The notes beneath the pieces were generated by a model, which had not been told where the DNA came from, did no database searches, and saw nothing but the letters and a program-made list of their open reading frames with translations. Shown piece by piece: positions 1 through 11,253 of a DNA stretch of 64,000 nucleotides. Origin of the DNA: Scyliorhinus canicula (taxonomy: Eukaryota); NCBI RefSeq assembly GCF_902713615.1, contig NW_024055445.1, forward strand, positions 124,001-188,000. Reading direction: 5' to 3'. Each line of letters begins with the position of its first letter. The stretch's first letter is position 1. The translations under genes were made by a program, and so were the position numbers.

Positions 1-389
1 TCAAAGCAAAGGAATAAGCATAAAATATGGCGAAGATTAATGGGATGCCAAAGCATACGGAAGCTTTTAAGAGCTGATATAATGTAAACGCTAAGAACGT
101 TTTTATTATTACTTTTGAACTGAGGGCACTGTTTCTACGTTTTCAGACGATGCAAAGAGACGTAGAGGAACAAGTTGTGCTGAGGAAGGAGTGAGGCTGC
201 AGAAAGACCTGGTCAGGCTAGGAGAGTGGGCAAAGAAGTGGCTGATGGAATACAATGTAGAAAAGTGTGAGGTTCTGCACTTTGGAGGAAACAAAGAGTA
301 TTTTCTACTTGGGACAGGGCTTCGGAAAGCAGAAGCTCAAATGCACTTAGGAATTCTAGTTGAGGATTCTCTTCAGGTTAACATGCGGG

Positions 390-630
390 AGGGCAGCACG
401 GTGGCCTAGTGGTTAGCACAACCGCCTCACGGCGCTGAGGTCCCAGGTTCGATCCCGGCTCTGGGTCACTGTCCGTGTGGAGTTTGCACATTCTCCCCGT
501 GTCTGCGTGGGTTTCGCCCCCACAACCCAAAAATGTGCAGAGTAGGTGGATTGGCCACGCTAAATTGCCCCTTAATTGGAAAAAATAATTGGCTAATCTA
601 AATTTATAAAAAAAAATTAAAAAAAAAAGT
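390..630 (+). mobile_element. tRNA-derived SINE (V-SINE/HE1-like)
   Basis: Head GGGCAGCACGGTGGCCTAGTGGTTAGCA and GGTTCGATCCC (pol III A/B boxes), A-rich tail, 12-bp TSD TTAACATGCGGG at 378-389 and 631-642. Near-identical copies at 19938 and 58401. Confidence 0.9.
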
Positions 631-768
631 TTAACATGCGGGTTCAGTTGGCAGCTAGGAAGGCAAATGCAAGTCGTGTTGCGAGGGCTACAGCGGCGTG
701 CAGAGGGGGGGGGGCGACGGTGCGCTGGCCCCGGGCAGCTGTTTGATGGGGGCAGCAGCGAAGAGAAC

Positions 769-885
769 GGAGCGCTCCTGCGCACCGCGGTCGGCCGGAG
801 CGCGCCTGCGCACCGCGGTCGGCCGGAGCGCGCCTGCGCACCGCGGTCGGGTGGAGCGTGCCTGCGCACCGCAGTCGGGTGGAGC
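769..885. repeat. Four tandem 28-bp GC-rich subterminal repeats in the hAT left end
   Basis: Unit CGCACCGCGGTCGGCCGGAGCGCGCCTG starts at 781, 809, 837 and 865. Confidence 0.9.
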
Positions 886-2249
886 TTTGGACTCGGCGGC
901 TGGAGAAGGAGCAGAAAGGGCGCGAATTCTCCAGAATCGACGGCAATACCACCATGGGTGAGTTTTATTTATTCTTTATCTTTATATTTTGATCTATTTT
1001 AAAACTCTTCTCTGCACCCTCTATGTAGCTGTCAACTTACTAAACTGTCGTGCCCAGAATTTGACATTTGGGCCGGGGCACCCATTTGGGACAGAACCAG
1101 TATTTTATAAAGATTCATCATGGCCTCTTAACTTTTGCCCTCTTACCCTTTATACTTAAAGCCCAGGGTCCTATAAATGGGAGATTCTCAGAGACTTGAC
1201 TGCAAGCTGCTGGAGCTCGGATCTTGAACAGAGCTTTTATATCTGGATTTGGGGACCCTTTATGCACTGGCATAGTGCAAAAACAGGCCACACATGACCA
1301 GGGTTTTGTGAAGAAGAAGGGATCTGGAAATGTGTTGACTGTGAAAATTATATTGGTGGAAATTGGGTGAAGTAGTTTGATGAGACTTGGTGCTAAAGCT
1401 TTAGAGAAATGAAGATGGAATTTGATTTGAAGAAGTTCAACGTTTTGAAGGATATTGTGGCTGAAATGAAAGCGATACGTGCTGAATGAGCTGACCGAAA
1501 TGTGTGAGATATGTCTTTGTATCTGCTATGTGTAATTTATCGGTCATATTATTGCAATTTTCCTGTTAATTCATGTTTAGTTTACGTTGATTTTGGTGTG
1601 ATTGCTAATATAAAAGTGAAGTCTTGTATATTGGTCTTAGTTGGGTTGTTTGTAGTTGTTTCCACAAGGGTCATAACAGTATTTCCATGACGTTGCTGCT
1701 CTTATCCTTCTCCATGGGGGTTGCAGAGGAGGGAGGCACAACTTTTGAGACATAACATCTCACCCATTGCTGCAAAGCAAAATGACTGAAGAAGAGAACA
1801 ATATCCCTAGAATCCCAGCGCTAAGGGGAAATTGACTAACTTACAGCGCAATTTAACCTCAGGCAGCCGTCCTATACCTTAGAGATGGCAAAGATAAAGA
1901 GGTCAGTGAATAGCTCTAGAACGGGTGCAACTACGTTTTTTATAGGTTTTTTGGTGATATTTAATGAAATATTTACGTGGGATGTAGTAAGAGTGAAGCC
2001 TGGATGATCAGAGGACTGCTATGGCATTTAATCTCGGAATAGGAGACATTTATTCCTTAACATGCTAATATTCGAATACAGATACCACTAATTTGCAAGT
2101 CTATGATATAAATTGCACAAAATTATCAGTCGAGAATCAGTGTGAAATAATTTGATACGAAGGAACAAAGAAATGACATATGGTTTATCCGTCTGCAACT
2201 GACCGATTGTTTACCATTTTCTTCCCATTTTTTTGAGATAGAAAATGAA

Positions 2250-4777
2250 ATGTTAAGAGCATTTCGTGTACAACCGAGTGGAGCACAGAACAGGAAAAAA
2301 AAAGAGGGCCAGAGTCGAAGAAGAGTCCCATCAAAGAGGGGCATTAGATGCATGGATAAAAAGAAGCAAAGAAGAAGTAGGAGAACCTGGAGAAGTAAAA
2401 GATGATGTGGGTGCAGAGAAGGATTTTTCTGCTACGGATTCAGCTATGTCAGAACATAATACTCTCTCTCCTCAGTCTCGTTGTCAGGATGATGATCCAT
2501 GTGAAGAAAATAAAGAAGATTTTAGCATATTTTTGCAAAGAAGCGATTTTGGCTGTTTGAAGAAACCGATTCCAGATCATTTGAAGATGACAATATTACA
2601 ACATGGCCCTGAAAGATATCAGAATAAAAGTGGTCCATTTGCTGAGAAGGATGGGAGATCATTTTCCAAACAGTGGTTTGATAAAGTTTCCACAAACGGA
2701 GAAATTGTGGAGAGAAAATGGTTGTTATACTCTCCATATCGGAAAGCATGCTACTGTTTTGTTTGCTTTTTATTTTCAAAGGAGCATTTGTCGTCTGTGT
2801 TAAACTTTGGAAAGGAAGACGGTTTCTCCACTTGGAGAAAATTAAATCCAAGAATACCTGATCATGAGAAAAGCCCTTCTCATAGAGCTCACATGAGGGA
2901 ATACCTGAACCTCGTAGTTCGACTCCATCATTCAACTACGATAGATGCTGAACTTCAACAGCAAATGTCTGCTGAAAAGAAAAGGTGGAAAGCTATAACT
3001 GAACGGATTGTCGAGGTTATATCCTTTCTGGCAAAACAGAATCTGGCCTATCGTGGACATCGAGGAGAAACAATATCTGGGTTATCAGAGCCAGAGGAGA
3101 CAGTCAGTGAAAATACAGGAAACTTTCTAGCAACAATCAGACTTTTGGCCAAATATGATGACTTCTTAGCAAAACACTTGCAGAGCGGGAAAGAGAACCC
3201 AAAAAGTGTCACCTACTTGTCCAACAGAATTCAAAACGAAATAATCAATCTTCTTGGTGAAACTGTCAAGAAAAATATAATTTCCAAAATTAAGGACGCA
3301 AAATATTTTAGCATAATGCTGGATTCAACTCCAGATATTGCCCATGAAGATCAGGTTTCTGAAATTCTGCGTTACGTTCATATTGATGAAAACAGAAAAG
3401 TAGAAATAAAGGAGACATTTCTGGGATTTTTTTCAAGTCAACAAGAAAGATGCAGTCAGCCTGGTAAATAAAATTCAGGAAAAATTGGAAGAAGACAAAA
3501 TTTCCATGAATGACTGTCGTGGTCAAGCATATGATAACGCAGCAGTTATGGCTGGAGTGAGAGGAGGGGTTCAACAAAAAATTCTTGAAGTTAACCCAAA
3601 AGCTGTGTTTGTGAACTGCGAGAACCACAGCCTCAATTTGGCCTGTGTCCATGCAAGTGAGGTGCAACCTGTTGTTACATTTTTTGGCATTCTAGAAAAA
3701 CTCTTTACTTTTTTTTCATCATCTACTTCTCGTTGGGAAGTCTTAAAATCATTTGTCACTCGGACTGTGAAAAGACAATGTGACACAAGATGGAGTTCCA
3801 GCCATGATGCTGTGCAAGTAATCCACGAAGAGTGTGACAACGTTATTGCAAGCCTTCAACACCTGCTGGAAGGAGAATTTTCAAGGGAAACTAAATCTGA
3901 TGCAGGATCGCTACTTAACTCTATTCAACAGTTCCCGTTTATAGCTTTATTAAATTTTTGGTACTCAGTTTTATCATCAGTGGAGAAAGTCTCAAAACGT
4001 TTGCAGGATCCGAAAATGGGGTTCCATGAAGCTTCTTGTGATCTGAGAGGACTTATTCATATCTTGAATTTGAAGAATGACGAAATTATCCACAATCCAA
4101 TAGATTTAGCCAATGAATATTGTGAAAATTGGGGAATACCAATTGCACAAACAAGGAGAAGAAGAAGAATGCCTGGAGAGTCAGCAAGAGATAGTGGACT
4201 GACGGCACAAGAAGAAATGAATAGAGTAATGGTAGAGATTGTGAACAGATTAAAAACTGAAATTGAAGACCGCAGTGTCCGTCTTCAAAGACTCAGTGAC
4301 CGATTTTCTTTTCTTCTGAACTTGAATTCAGTAGTGATTGAAGATGAACAAGAAAGAGAGAAATTAAAAAAGGAATGTTCAGACTTTGCAAATTATTATG
4401 ACAATGATGTGGTTGCAATTCAGTTATATGACGAAATTATTGATTTTGTGATGCTCCTTCGAGCTGGAGGGAATAGAGTTCCCCCTGATCCTAAAGATGC
4501 TCTGGAGTCTTTACTGCAGTATGGGAGGGATGTCTTTCCGACGCTGTGTGTTTCATACAGATTACTGCTTACAATTGCATTTTCAGTTGCAAGCTGTGAA
4601 AGGTCATTTTCAAAACTGAAATTAATAAAAACATATCTGAGGTCTTCTATGTCACAGGAGCGACTGACCAACCTGGCTTTAATAAGCATTGAAAAAGAAT
4701 TTCTCACAGCTGATGTAAAAAGTGAAGTAGTTCAGGTGTTTTGTGACAGGAGGTATCATTTGGGGAAAATAACTTAA
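2250..4777 (+). pseudogene. hAT transposase (ZMYM1-like/DUF4371 type), 841 aa if two +1 homopolymer frameshifts are removed
   Basis: ATG 2250 MLRAFRVQPSGAQNRKKK, then +1 in A9 (2295-2303) into ORF 2266-3471, then +1 in T7 (3427-3433) into ORF 3485-4777. Motifs: TTF-type Zn finger (CYCFVC...H...H), SIMLDSTPD, GQAYDNA, CENHSLNL, TRW, ASCERSFSKLKLIKTYLRSSMSQERL. Confidence 0.88.
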
Positions 4778-5762
4778 TAAATTTGATTGATTAATATTAA
4801 AATCGAATAAAGCGTTTATTTCATGTTTCATCTGTGTTTATATATTCAAAATGTTTTCCTTTCTCATAATATTTCTCAGTATATTAGGCCTTATACTTGA
4901 GTCTTTGGGGCATATAATCAAGATTGGCCCCGGGCATCACCAGACCTCTGCACGCCGCTGGAGGGCTAGTTTACAAGAGCAGGGATGTAACTGTTGAGGC
5001 TCTATAAGGCTCCGGTCAGACCCCATTTGGAATATTGTGAGCAGTTCTGGTAAGCTTATCTAAGAAACGATGTGCTGGCCTTGGAGAAGCTCCAGAGGAG
5101 ATTCACAAGACTGATCCTCGGAATGACGGACTGGTCATATGAGGAGCGGTTGAGGACTCTGGGCCTGTATTGGGTAGAGTTTAGAAGGATGAGGTGCTGT
5201 GAGGGGAGTGGTGCGCGGGGCGGGGGTGGGGTCACATTGAAAGTTACAGAATAGCGAGAGGCCTAGTAGGTGAAACTAGAACCCGAGGGCACAGCCTCAG
5301 ATTTAAGGGACGATCCTTCAAAACTGAGAAGAGGAGCAATTTATTCAGCCAGAGGGTCTTGAATCTGTGGAACTCAGTCCCGCAGCAGGCTGTGGAGGCC
5401 AAATCACTGAGTGCCTTTAAGATGGAGATAGACAGGCTCTTGATTAATAAGGGGACCTGGGATTATGGGGAGAAGGCAGGAGAATGGGGATTAGAACCAT
5501 AACAGTCATGATTGAATACGGAGCAGACTGGATGGACTGAAAGGCCGGGTTCTGCTCCCATGTTTTATGATTTTATGGCAGGAAGACCATTTTTGGGCGA
5601 TCTTAGAATAGATAGGTGCTTGATTGCCATCGCAGAGATGATGGGTGGAAGGGCATCTTTATTTCCTGTAAAACTCTCAGACTCCACGACTCTATGACAG
5701 GGTCAAAAACAATAATCACTAATACGGGGTGTAGATTAACCTAAATTGAGATTGAATCTCGT

Positions 5763-5945
5763 GCAGTGATTACTGATACAGGGTCCAGATTACCATAAAC
5801 TGAGACAGGTTCTACTGCAGCGATTACTGATACAAAGATTGATTAAACTTAAATGAGACAGGATCTAAAGCAATGATTATTGATACAGTATCTAGAATAT
5901 TATAAACTGAGGCAAGGTCTATTGCAGTCATTCCTGGTCAGGGTC
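5763..5945. repeat. Diverged ~54-bp tandem repeat, about 3.5 copies
   Basis: GCAGTGATTACTGATACA-like motif recurs near 5763, 5817, 5870 and 5924. Confidence 0.6.
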
Positions 5946-6824
5946 TGGATTAAACATGTGTAAAGAGTTATTAAGGCAGATTATCAAAAACGTGGTTGAC
6001 GAGGCATGTTATGGGATGATTTTAATAAGGGAATTGAGGTAAAGAGGAGTAGGGAATGAATGCTAGAGTTTAGGACTGAAGCATATGAAGACATCGTAAA
6101 GTGAACCAAATAATTCTGAAGATAACAATACGTCTTGATCGATTGGAGTTGCAAAAATTAAGAAAAATGTTTCATATACACACCTACACTAACAACCAAT
6201 ACGTTTGTGCAGCGATTTTCGCTGTTCTTCTTAACCAGATGAGTGTTGTATCATTGGGTGGACATTTCTCCGATGGGTGCCCACCATTAGCATCGTGGCG
6301 AGACTGTGAAAACACGGTTCTGTCTAACTCTGCCAGTGCATCAGGTGATTGGTTAATATAAATCGAGAGACAACAGGAACATGGTCCGGTGTAATATCAA
6401 CAGATACAGGCCCTGGTGAGATGTAAAGATACAAATTCCTGTGGAATATAGAAGAGGCGGAACTTAATGTAATATAATCCCATGCATGTTCTTGCAGCAC
6501 AAACAGAACAGTGGAGTATAGATTAGTGTCTTCTGATTTCTGACCCTCCTGCCAGTGAATCAAGTTTCTTCCTAATTAATCAAACAAAACCCTTCATAAT
6601 TGTGACCATTTTTACCACACCTCCCAAAAACTGCTGGGTTCTAAGGAAAACAATCCCGGCTTCCAACCGCTCTGACCGTGCAGCTCATGCAGTGGGAAGG
6701 CCCAGTTCTATATATTTTTCTGCCTTGCTTGTGTTCAGATGCTATTTTTGTAATTACTGACATTTTATATGGAGCCAGTGGAATTCCCATTCACCAATAC
6801 CATCGTGTCCGAATTAGACACAAG

Positions 6825-7014
6825 ACGGTAGTGCAGTGGTTAGCACTGCTGTCTCACGGCTCTCGGTCTCTCTCCGCGTGGAGTTTGCACATTCTCCCCG
6901 TCTGTGCGTGGGTTTCACCCCCAAAACCCAAAGATGTGCAGCATACGTGGATTGATTGCGCAAAATTGCCCCTTGATTTGGAAAAAAATAATTGGGTACT
7001 CTAAATTTATAATA
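6825..7014 (+). mobile_element. tRNA-derived SINE, present only in duplication unit A
   Basis: SINE body with TSD AGACACAA (6816-6823 and 7015-7022); unit B has the empty site near 10440. Confidence 0.8.
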
Positions 7015-8065
7015 AGACACAATACTAAGAAAAGACTAGCCTCTGAAAATTAAATTGACCCATGTAAGGCTGGACCCAGAATTAGAACTTTAGATACACT
7101 GAGCAATATTTCAGAATGTAATGTCGACATGCAAACCATGATAGGTTAACAGTCTTGTCTCAGTGGAATCAATATCACTTCTCACAACAGATACCTGAGC
7201 CCATGATCCAGACCTGTGATCCAATGCAGGAGTATTTTATGTTTCAGTTGCTCCATCTTTTACATGTGATGATATTACAGTCTTCGGGCTGCTTCGAAAT
7301 ATTATTACTGGACTGGTAATCCGGGGGTCTGAACTATTACTCCAGAGACTCGAGTACAAATTCCACCAGGGCGTATTGCAATGATGTGAGCAGTTTGGGT
7401 CTCCTTAACAAAGGGTAGATACTTTGGAGGCAGTCCAGAGAAGGTTCATTAGGTTAAACTCGGGTATGGTCGGATTTTCATGGGTAGCTGGAATTAAGAG
7501 GTTCTTCGGCCCATCATTACTGCGCCTGTCATCAAATAGAGAAGAATACGGCCCTGGATAGTCTTGAAACACAGACATTTCGGTTTACAGCGAAAAGTGT
7601 TGACCTATTGCACCACAGAGACTGACATGAGGAGAGTTTAAGTAGGGAAGACCTACATGCATTGGAGTTTTGAAGAATGAGAGGCGAACTTACGGAGCTA
7701 TGTAGTATTTTCAAGGAGCTTGACAGTGTGGATGCTAGAGATTGTTTCTGCTTGTGGGAGAGTCTGGGACCGTAAGGCACCATCTCAGAGTACGGTGTCG
7801 CTCATTTCAGACGAGGATGAAGCGGCATTTCTTCTCTGAGAGGGGAGTGAATCTATGGTGCAGAGAATTGGGGAGGTCGGGTCAATAAATATGTCCAAGA
7901 CTAAGGCAGACAGATTTGTCATCAGTAAGGGAATCAAGGATTATGGGGATAAGGCGGAAAAGTGGAGTTGAGGATTTTATCAGATCAGCCACGATCTCAT
8001 TGAATGGCAGATCATATTCCATGAGCCGAATGGACACCTTCTGCTCCTACATCTTATGGTTTGAA

Positions 8066-8240
8066 AATGAAAATCGCTTATTATCACAAGTCGGCTTCAA
8101 TCAAGTTACTGTGAAAAGCCCCTAGTCGCCACATTCCAGCGCCTGTTCGGGGAGGCTGGTACGGGGATCGAACCGTGCTGCTGGCCTGCTTGCTCTGCTT
8201 TAAAAGCCAGCGATTTAGCCCAGTGAGCTAAACCAGCACC
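8066..8240 (-). mobile_element. Second SINE family (GGGGCTGGTTTAGCTCA head)
   Basis: Reverse complement of the copy at 62942-63125. Confidence 0.75.
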
Positions 8241-11048
8241 TGTTTTTTGGCAGCTGGGGGCCTTTCAATTGAATGAATTAATAAATCAGAAATAAAATTG
8301 TCGCATCATTCATAATACTCATGAAGCTAGCGAAATTTTCCAAAGTCCAGCAGGTTTACCAATGTCCTTCAGGAGAAGAAATCTTCCCTCCTTACCCTGT
8401 CTGGCCTCTATGTGAGTAGTTCAGCAGTGATGTGGTTGACGCGTAACTATCTCTGATATTGCCGAGCAAGCCAATCAGTTCAAGGTCTGCTGCCACAGAA
8501 AGTCAGATGTGAATTCAACCATCCGAAGTGCACCTTATCTAAAAGGAGGTTCACATCCGGCTTCTCAGGATGGATAGTTAATGCTGACTGTGCCAGTGAG
8601 GGTCATATTCCGAGAATGAATGTTAAAAACTGTTCAAAGTGCAGCAGATTCCGGAAATCTAAAACAAAAACAAAAAAGGCCGCTCAGCAGGTCAGTGAGC
8701 ATCAGCAGAGAGAGAAAGAGATTCACATTTAGGTGGATTACCTCAATGACATAATTGTAAAGAGCAGAACTGTTTTTCCCAGTATCCTCGACCAATGTCC
8801 GTTCTTCAACTAAAATCACAGATTAGCTGGTCACTTATCACATCTCAGTTTGTGGGAGCTTGCTGTGCACAAATTCTTTGCTCCGTTTCCAACATTAGAG
8901 CACTGACTAAATTCAGCTAAAATATATCAGTGAGTTTTAAGGGCGTTGGGATGACCTGAGGTCGGGTAGAGCGTTTTACAAAATCAAGCTCTTTCCAAAT
9001 GTTTACATTTTAAAATGCAGGTTGTAATATGTTGAAAGATCTGAGATTAATGTGACTATCGGTCATTCCTCTGCCTGATGTTTTAATTTATCTCCTTTAA
9101 ATCGGTTAATGTTTCAATCAAATTAATATTCAGTGGAACAGCCTGGTTAAAGATGATTTATTAATTGAGGCATCAGAACTTCCAGAATTAATACTTAATT
9201 TAAATTTATTTTTCATTTCAATTAAGTAACATCTGTTCTAATGGATGTTTCTGTACGTTTCAACCAACTGCTAATGTCCTTAAAATAACCCGCTATTTTG
9301 AGTTGAACCTAATCAATAAATGACTGTTTATTTCGTTTTGTTGATACGAACACTTCATTGTAACCAGTGAGGTGTTTATGTAAATAAACACAGAAATAGA
9401 AGTCTCAGATTAGATTATACACTGACAAAAGCACAACAACTATTTCCCCACCGACACAGCACAGAAATAGAGGCAAAGACGCAAATAGATCAACGGATTC
9501 CAGTAATGATTGTTTTTGACATTTGTTTCTTCATCAGTTATATGAGAAAAATGTCATCATGATAATCATGTTCACAATTAAAAAAGTGTCCTTCTAATCT
9601 CGAAATATAATGACATGCGAAATGTGTTCGCAGAGTTTTCCAGTTTTCCTGTATCTGACATCTGTCCCTTTTTCCTAACTGGTTCTGTCTCATGTCTCTC
9701 CACGATGGGTCATTGCCTTTAATCGACAACATGAAGCCAACATGTGCCCAATATATTCTCTCAGCGGAATCTCACCCCATTGGCTTCCAACTAAATGGAT
9801 CGAATCCAATGAATCCAGACTCGATGGGCCGAATGGCCTCCTTCTGCACTGTAAATTCTATGATTCGATGATTAACCAGATGAGAGTTCTATGATTGGGT
9901 GGACATTTATCCTGTGGGTGCCAATCTGGTGATTCTGTGAGAGCACTGATCTGTCTACCACTGCCAGTGTATTAGGCGTTTGGTGAATATAAAACGAGGC
10001 AGGAAAAGAAATCCTCACCACGAAACAATTTTCCAATGTGTAGAGTAAATTCATCATTTTGAACAAAACAGAGATTTCCATTAACTTTTATAAATTACAG
10101 TGCAGCGATGTTCACATGCTGGCCTGTCCCTCAAGGCCAGTTCATTACTGGGACGGTGGTAAAATATTAAACTCAATATTACCCACATGATAGCAGAGCA
10201 AATAAAAATTTCATAGAACTACTTATAGGTATTAACAAGAATTAATATAACCTCCAAATCAACAATGATTGTACTCGTACAAATAAGCAAATATATACAA
10301 TCATTTAGAATATCGTGACAGGCAACAGGTATGTGGTTCGGTGTAATATAAACAGAGACTGGTGTGCTATTGTTGGAAAAACTGATATTTTATATGGAGC
10401 CAGTGGAATTCCCTATCACCATTGCCATCGTGTCAAAATAAGACCCAAGACTAGTAAAAGACCAACCTCTGAAAAATTGACCCATGTAAGACTGGACCCA
10501 TAGTTTGAACTTTAGATTCACCGAGCAACGTTTCAGAATGTCAAAATGCAAACCATGATATGTTAACAGTCTTGTCTCAGTGGAATCACTATCACCTCCC
10601 GCAACAGATACCTGAGCCCATGATCCAGCCTGTGATCCAATGCAGACGGAGTGTTTAATGTTCAATTGTTCCATCTTTTCGATGGGGGGATATTACAGTC
10701 TTCTAGATAGTCTCGCAATATTATTACAAAACTGGTAATCTGGAGGCCTGAACTAATAACTCTCCAGAAACAGGAGTACAAATTCCATCAGGGCATATTG
10801 TAATGTTGTGAACAGTTTTGGTCTCCTTATATAAGGATAGATATTTAGGAGGCAGTCCAGCGAAGGTTCTTTCGGTAAATTCCGAGTGTGGAGGGATTTT
10901 CAAAGGTAGGTAGCATTTCACAGCGCAGAAAGAGGCTCCTCGGCCCATCGTTACTCTATCTGTCAGCAAATAAAGAAGAATCCGGCATTGAAACGCAGAC
11001 CTTGCGGTAAACAGCCAAACACGTTGACCAATTGCACCACAGAGACTG

Positions 11049-11253
11049 TGGCAATGACGTGGAGATGCCGGTGTTGGATTGGGGTGAGCACAGTAAGAAG
11101 TCTTACAACACCAGGTTAAAGTCCAACAGGTTTGTTTCAACCACTAGCTCTCGGAGCACTGCTCCCACCTGAGGAAGGAGCAGTGCTCCGAAAGCTCGTG
11201 TTTGAAACAAACCTGTTGGACTTTAACCTGGTGTTGTAAGACGTCTTACTGTG
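11049..11253. mobile_element. Foldback insertion, probably Penelope-like-element derived and non-autonomous
   Basis: 13-bp TSD ACCACAGAGACTG (11036-11048 and 11254-11266); inverted repeat 11089-11253; unit A has the empty site near 7612. Confidence 0.8.
11166..11200 (+). ncRNA. Minimal type I hammerhead ribozyme motif
   Basis: CAC (stem I) - CTGAGGA (CUGANGA core) - A - GGAGC agt GCTCC (stem II) - GAAA - GCTC - GTG (stem I'). Palindromic AGCU stem III; predicted cleavage after C11197. Confidence 0.75.

Larger units (their letters stand above)
691..4960 (+). mobile_element. Full-length hAT DNA transposon (4,270 bp)
   Basis: Perfect 16-bp TIRs CAGCGGCGTGCAGAGG (691-706; reverse complement 4945-4960), 8-bp TSD GAGGGCTA (683-690 and 4961-4968), internal transposase. 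Confidence 0.97.
191..5570 (+). mobile_element. CR1-type LINE 3' fragment (RT C-terminus and tail), split by a SINE (390-630) and a hAT transposon (691-4960)
   Basis: 191-389 encodes YNVEKCEVLHFG-type RT C-terminal sequence. It continues at 643-690 and again at 4961-5570 (LEKLQRRFTRLI...YEERLRTLGLY) once both insertions and their TSDs are removed. Confidence 0.8.

Noticed and set aside
391-460. tRNA genes at SINE heads
   Set aside because: A/B boxes continue into SINE bodies with A-rich tails and TSDs; no complete cloverleaf seen.
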